A stretch of DNA of 64,000 bases from Candidatus Latescibacterota bacterium (lineage in GTDB: Bacteria; Latescibacterota; UBA2968; UBA8231), in the NCBI GenBank assembly GCA_029941565.1, contig JAPYRN010000004.1, forward strand, positions 119,797 through 183,796. The letters run 5' to 3'. Under the pieces are notes generated by a model. The model saw only the letters and a list, made by a program, of their open reading frames with translations, was not told the origin of the DNA and searched no databases. Each line of letters starts with the position of its first letter. The first letter of the stretch is position 1. Position numbers and translations under genes: made by a program. This document shows, piece after piece, positions 61,317 through 64,000 of the stretch.

Positions 61317-62344
61317 TCCAGCACGTCCTTCGCGTAGCCGAATAGAGCCGAGTAGCCACCGGTATGTAGAAAAACGACAGGGCCGTCGGCCTGGGTCAGT
61401 TTGCCCTCGCGAATGTGCTCGAAGAGGGCGGCCATCGCCTTGCCGGTGTACACCGGATCTAGCAGCAGGCCTTCGGTCCGCGCCGTCGTCCGGATCGCCT
61501 CGAGACAGGCGGGAGTGGGTACCCCATATCGTTCGCCCACGAAGCCGTCGTCGTTGTCGAAGTCATCCGGCCCCATGGTGGTGCCAAGCCCGATACGTCC
61601 GGCACCCTGATTGGCGATGCGCGCCATTTCCTGAAATCGCTCCGTCTGTTTCTCGAAGGGAGAAAATCCGCGTACGTGGATCCCACTTTCGAGGAAGGTC
61701 ATGCCCAAGCCAATCCCTGCCTGCGTGGTGTCGAGAGCGGCACAGTAGAGATATTTGGGTTCGATGCCGAGCACGCGGGACTGCTGCACGATCTCCAGGG
61801 CAGACTCGGCGTAGGCGAGGGCGTCGAGATCGACGGTGTCGTCGAGCCGCGGGTGGTAGACCTTGCGGCCCTGGGCGCGCAGATCATCGACGCGCTGACG
61901 GATCCGTTCGCCTTGCAGGTGCCGCTCCTCGTCGGGCAGAACTTCGACCTTGGCGCCAAACAGACGCATCAGCAGATGATTGCCCTGTACTTCCTTGTGG
62001 TCGATGGCGCGCACGGGGCGGAGGATGAGATGGAGCTCGAGACCGAGACGAGCACAGGCAGCCGACATCTGCCGACAATAGTTGGATTGCACGGCGGAAC
62101 CACAGACGATGACCTCGGCCCCCCTGGCTTGTGCATCGGCGAGAGAGAACTCCAGCATACGGGTCTTGTTGCCACCGAAGGCGAGCCCCGTCAGGTCGTC
62201 CCGCTTGATATAGATATCCGGTCCCCCCAGCAGAGCACTGAGTTTTTCCAGCCGTTCCAATGGTGTCGGGCGGATGGAGGCCAGTTGCACGCGTGGCAAC
62301 GTGGCCAGGGCGGTTTCGAGTTGTGCTTCAAGGTCGGGGGTCAT
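61313..62344 (-). CDS. PLP-dependent D-cysteine desulfhydrase/ACC deaminase family protein
   Basis: PTPLERL, IKRDDLTGLAFGGNKTR, QSN, EGLLLDPVYTGKA, VFLHTGG. Confidence 0.9.
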   Translation of the reverse strand: MTPDLEAQLETALATLPRVQLASIRPTPLERLEKLSALLGGPDIYIKRDDLTGLAFGGNKTRMLEFSLADAQARGAEVIVCGSAVQSNYCRQMSAACARLGLELHLILRPVRAIDHKEVQGNHLLMRLFGAKVEVLPDEERHLQGERIRQRVDDLRAQGRKVYHPRLDDTVDLDALAYAESALEIVQQSRVLGIEPKYLYCAALDTTQAGIGLGMTFLESGIHVRGFSPFEKQTERFQEMARIANQGAGRIGLGTTMGPDDFDNDDGFVGERYGVPTPACLEAIRTTARTEGLLLDPVYTGKAMAALFEHIREGKLTQADGPVVFLHTGGYSALFGYAKDVLD

Positions 62345-62346
62345 TG

Positions 62347-63459
62347 TCAGCGTCCTTTCGACCAGCCCTTGGCGGGCAGTTTCGACAGACGCGCCTGGCG
62401 GTGACATTCCTCCATCACCGCCATTTGCACGCGCACCTGCTGCGGTGTGATCTCGAGCTTTTCGCCATTGCGCAGCACGTTATACAAGCGGTCGTAGAAT
62501 TGTTTCGACATCCAGGTGAAAGCATCGCTCTGGGTCTTCGACGGAGCCCAGCTCTTCTCCGTAAGGGTCAGAGACTCGCGGCAGTAGGCCTGGTTGGGCA
62601 GTGGCTGGCGGATCAGCTTCTGCTTCGGCGTCTCTTTTGGGTTATAGTATTTCCACCGTAGTCCGGCGCCGCCGCCACTCAAGCCCCCCTGGGTCCCGTG
62701 CACGGTGATCATGTCACCGGGATAGGCATCGCAGCTGGAGATTTCCAGATCGACGACGGGGGCACCCTTCCTTTTGAGCACGACCTTGACGAAATCTTCC
62801 GCGTCCCCCCAGGTGTTGGCCCGGTCCATGGCACAGAAGACCTCGTCCGGCTTGCGAAATCCCTGTAGACAGACGGCCCAGTCGACGAAGTGCGGTCCCG
62901 TATTGAGCAGATTGCCACCCTTGAACTCCTGCAGCGTCTGCCAGTCCCAGCGCCGGGCAAAACCATTGGCGACGATGCGCACCTGGACGATGCGTCCCAG
63001 GACCCCTGAGTCGATGACGTCGAGGGTTTTGCGAAACAGCGCCCGATAACGGGACTGTTGAAATGGGGCCAATACCCGTCGCGCCTTTTTGGCGGCGGCG
63101 ATCATCGTGTTCAGTTGTGCCACGTTCCAGGCGGCGGGCTTTTCGGTGACGACATTGTGTCCCGCACCCAGTGCCTCGATCGTCACCGGCGGGTGCAGGT
63201 GGGAGGGCAGAGAATTGACGACGAGGTCGAGATCGTCCCGAGCCAGCAGGGCGCTGTGGTCGCGATACGTGTCGCAGCCGAAACGTTCTTCGGCGTGACG
63301 CCGCCGGTCGGCGAGCAGATCAGCGATGGCGACGATCTTGTATTTTCGGGGCGATGACTCGAACCAGCGGCTGTGGATGGACAGGCCACTACGGCCCTGA
63401 CCGAGGACGCCGACTCTTAATGGGCCGGTGGAGCGTTTGGATGTGCGGGATGCGGACAT
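62347..63459 (-). CDS. Gfo/Idh/MocA family oxidoreductase
   Basis: RVGVLGQGRSG, LPSHLH, NVVTEKP, GGNLLNTGPHFVD. Confidence 0.93.
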   Translation of the reverse strand: MSASRTSKRSTGPLRVGVLGQGRSGLSIHSRWFESSPRKYKIVAIADLLADRRRHAEERFGCDTYRDHSALLARDDLDLVVNSLPSHLHPPVTIEALGAGHNVVTEKPAAWNVAQLNTMIAAAKKARRVLAPFQQSRYRALFRKTLDVIDSGVLGRIVQVRIVANGFARRWDWQTLQEFKGGNLLNTGPHFVDWAVCLQGFRKPDEVFCAMDRANTWGDAEDFVKVVLKRKGAPVVDLEISSCDAYPGDMITVHGTQGGLSGGGAGLRWKYYNPKETPKQKLIRQPLPNQAYCRESLTLTEKSWAPSKTQSDAFTWMSKQFYDRLYNVLRNGEKLEITPQQVRVQMAVMEECHRQARLSKLPAKGWSKGR

Positions 63460-63574
63460 GGGACAGATGCTCCCCAGTAAGGAAGTGACATTCGATGACG
63501 GAAAGACTACGAAGGGGACACCCCGCAAGCCACCCACGTTGCCGGCACCGCCTTCGGTCCTACTTTATTGGTGG

Positions 63575-64000
63575 ATGATCACCCACGTCGATGGTATTGC
63601 CGCCGCAGCTGTTGCCGGCCAACCCCAGCCTCTGTTTCCGAACCTGGATTCCGTCACTTCCTGGCGCCGCTTCGAACTGCTCGATCTGCCAGCAGCCGGT
63701 GTTTGTGTCACCGACGACGTCGGCGAGGAGGCAGGTTATCTGCTGTTGTCCGGTCAGGTCACTATAGAACAAGATCAAATGCAGGTCGAAGGGCACGCAC
63801 CGGCTGCCATCCGGTGCCTGGCGAATCGGCCGCATCGAGTCGTCGCCGGCCAGCTGGGGGCACGACTGTTGCGTATCGGCGTCGACACTGCAGGCGTGAA
63901 TGGAGGCGAATTGGCGATGGATGTCATGGCTCGTGATCGCTTGCCATGGCGGGATGCCATCCATGGCGGGGGTGGTCGCATCGGCACACGGCATCTGTTC
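63575..64000 (+). CDS. Probable cupin-fold protein, partial (runs off window; absent from ORF track)
   Basis: Open frame of 142 codons from ATG 63575 to window end: EEAGYLLLSGQVTI..PHRVVA, then IHGGGGRIGTRHLF. Confidence 0.6.
   Translation, partial: MITHVDGIAAAAVAGQPQPLFPNLDSVTSWRRFELLDLPAAGVCVTDDVGEEAGYLLLSGQVTIEQDQMQVEGHAPAAIRCLANRPHRVVAGQLGARLLRIGVDTAGVNGGELAMDVMARDRLPWRDAIHGGGGRIGTRHLF

Noticed and set aside
63560..63994. 144-aa minus-strand ORF at the window end
   Set aside because: The plus-strand open frame from 63575 is more protein-like (cupin motifs) and has a promoter candidate.
1..64000. CRISPR array, tRNA, rRNA, IS element or prophage
   Set aside because: No regularly spaced repeats, RNA-gene signatures, transposase, integrase or phage genes seen by eye.

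Overview
GC-rich bacterial window. Gene content (FlgD-Ig/PNPFN tails, a TWGxIK tail, DUF6785-like membrane proteins) suggests an FCB-superphylum lineage such as Latescibacterota; this is inferred, not shown. Layout: 0.1-14.3 kb is housekeeping (gltB-gltD, SEC-C protein, aldo/keto reductase, TetR-TolC-adaptor-RND efflux operon with a clear promoter and operator). 14.3-18.3 kb is a mosaic of gene fragments, including a 75-bp, 92%-identical copy of part of the gene at 59.5-61.3 kb, plus a candidate terminator-containing leader RNA and one secreted protein. 18.3-47.2 kb is a cluster of mostly uncharacterised envelope genes and the best candidate for an undescribed system: three paralogous secreted proteins ending in a TPNGDGIND...Tyr tail, an 890-aa putative outer-membrane protein, two parvulin-like lipoproteins, two DUF6785-like polytopic membrane proteins, a lipoprotein, ASPIC/UnbV-TPR, GT-C-TPR, a membrane-fused spermidine synthase, a TWGxIK-tailed protein and a sulfatase. 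47-64 kb holds secreted redox and glycan-active proteins (pentaheme cytochrome c with export tail, CBM9/sugar dehydrogenase fusion, lyase-like, transglutaminase-like, DUF4091), a multi-lesion pseudogene and small metabolic enzymes. No rRNA, tRNA, CRISPR array, transposase or integrase was recognised. All family calls come from motif recognition by eye; no database searches were run.
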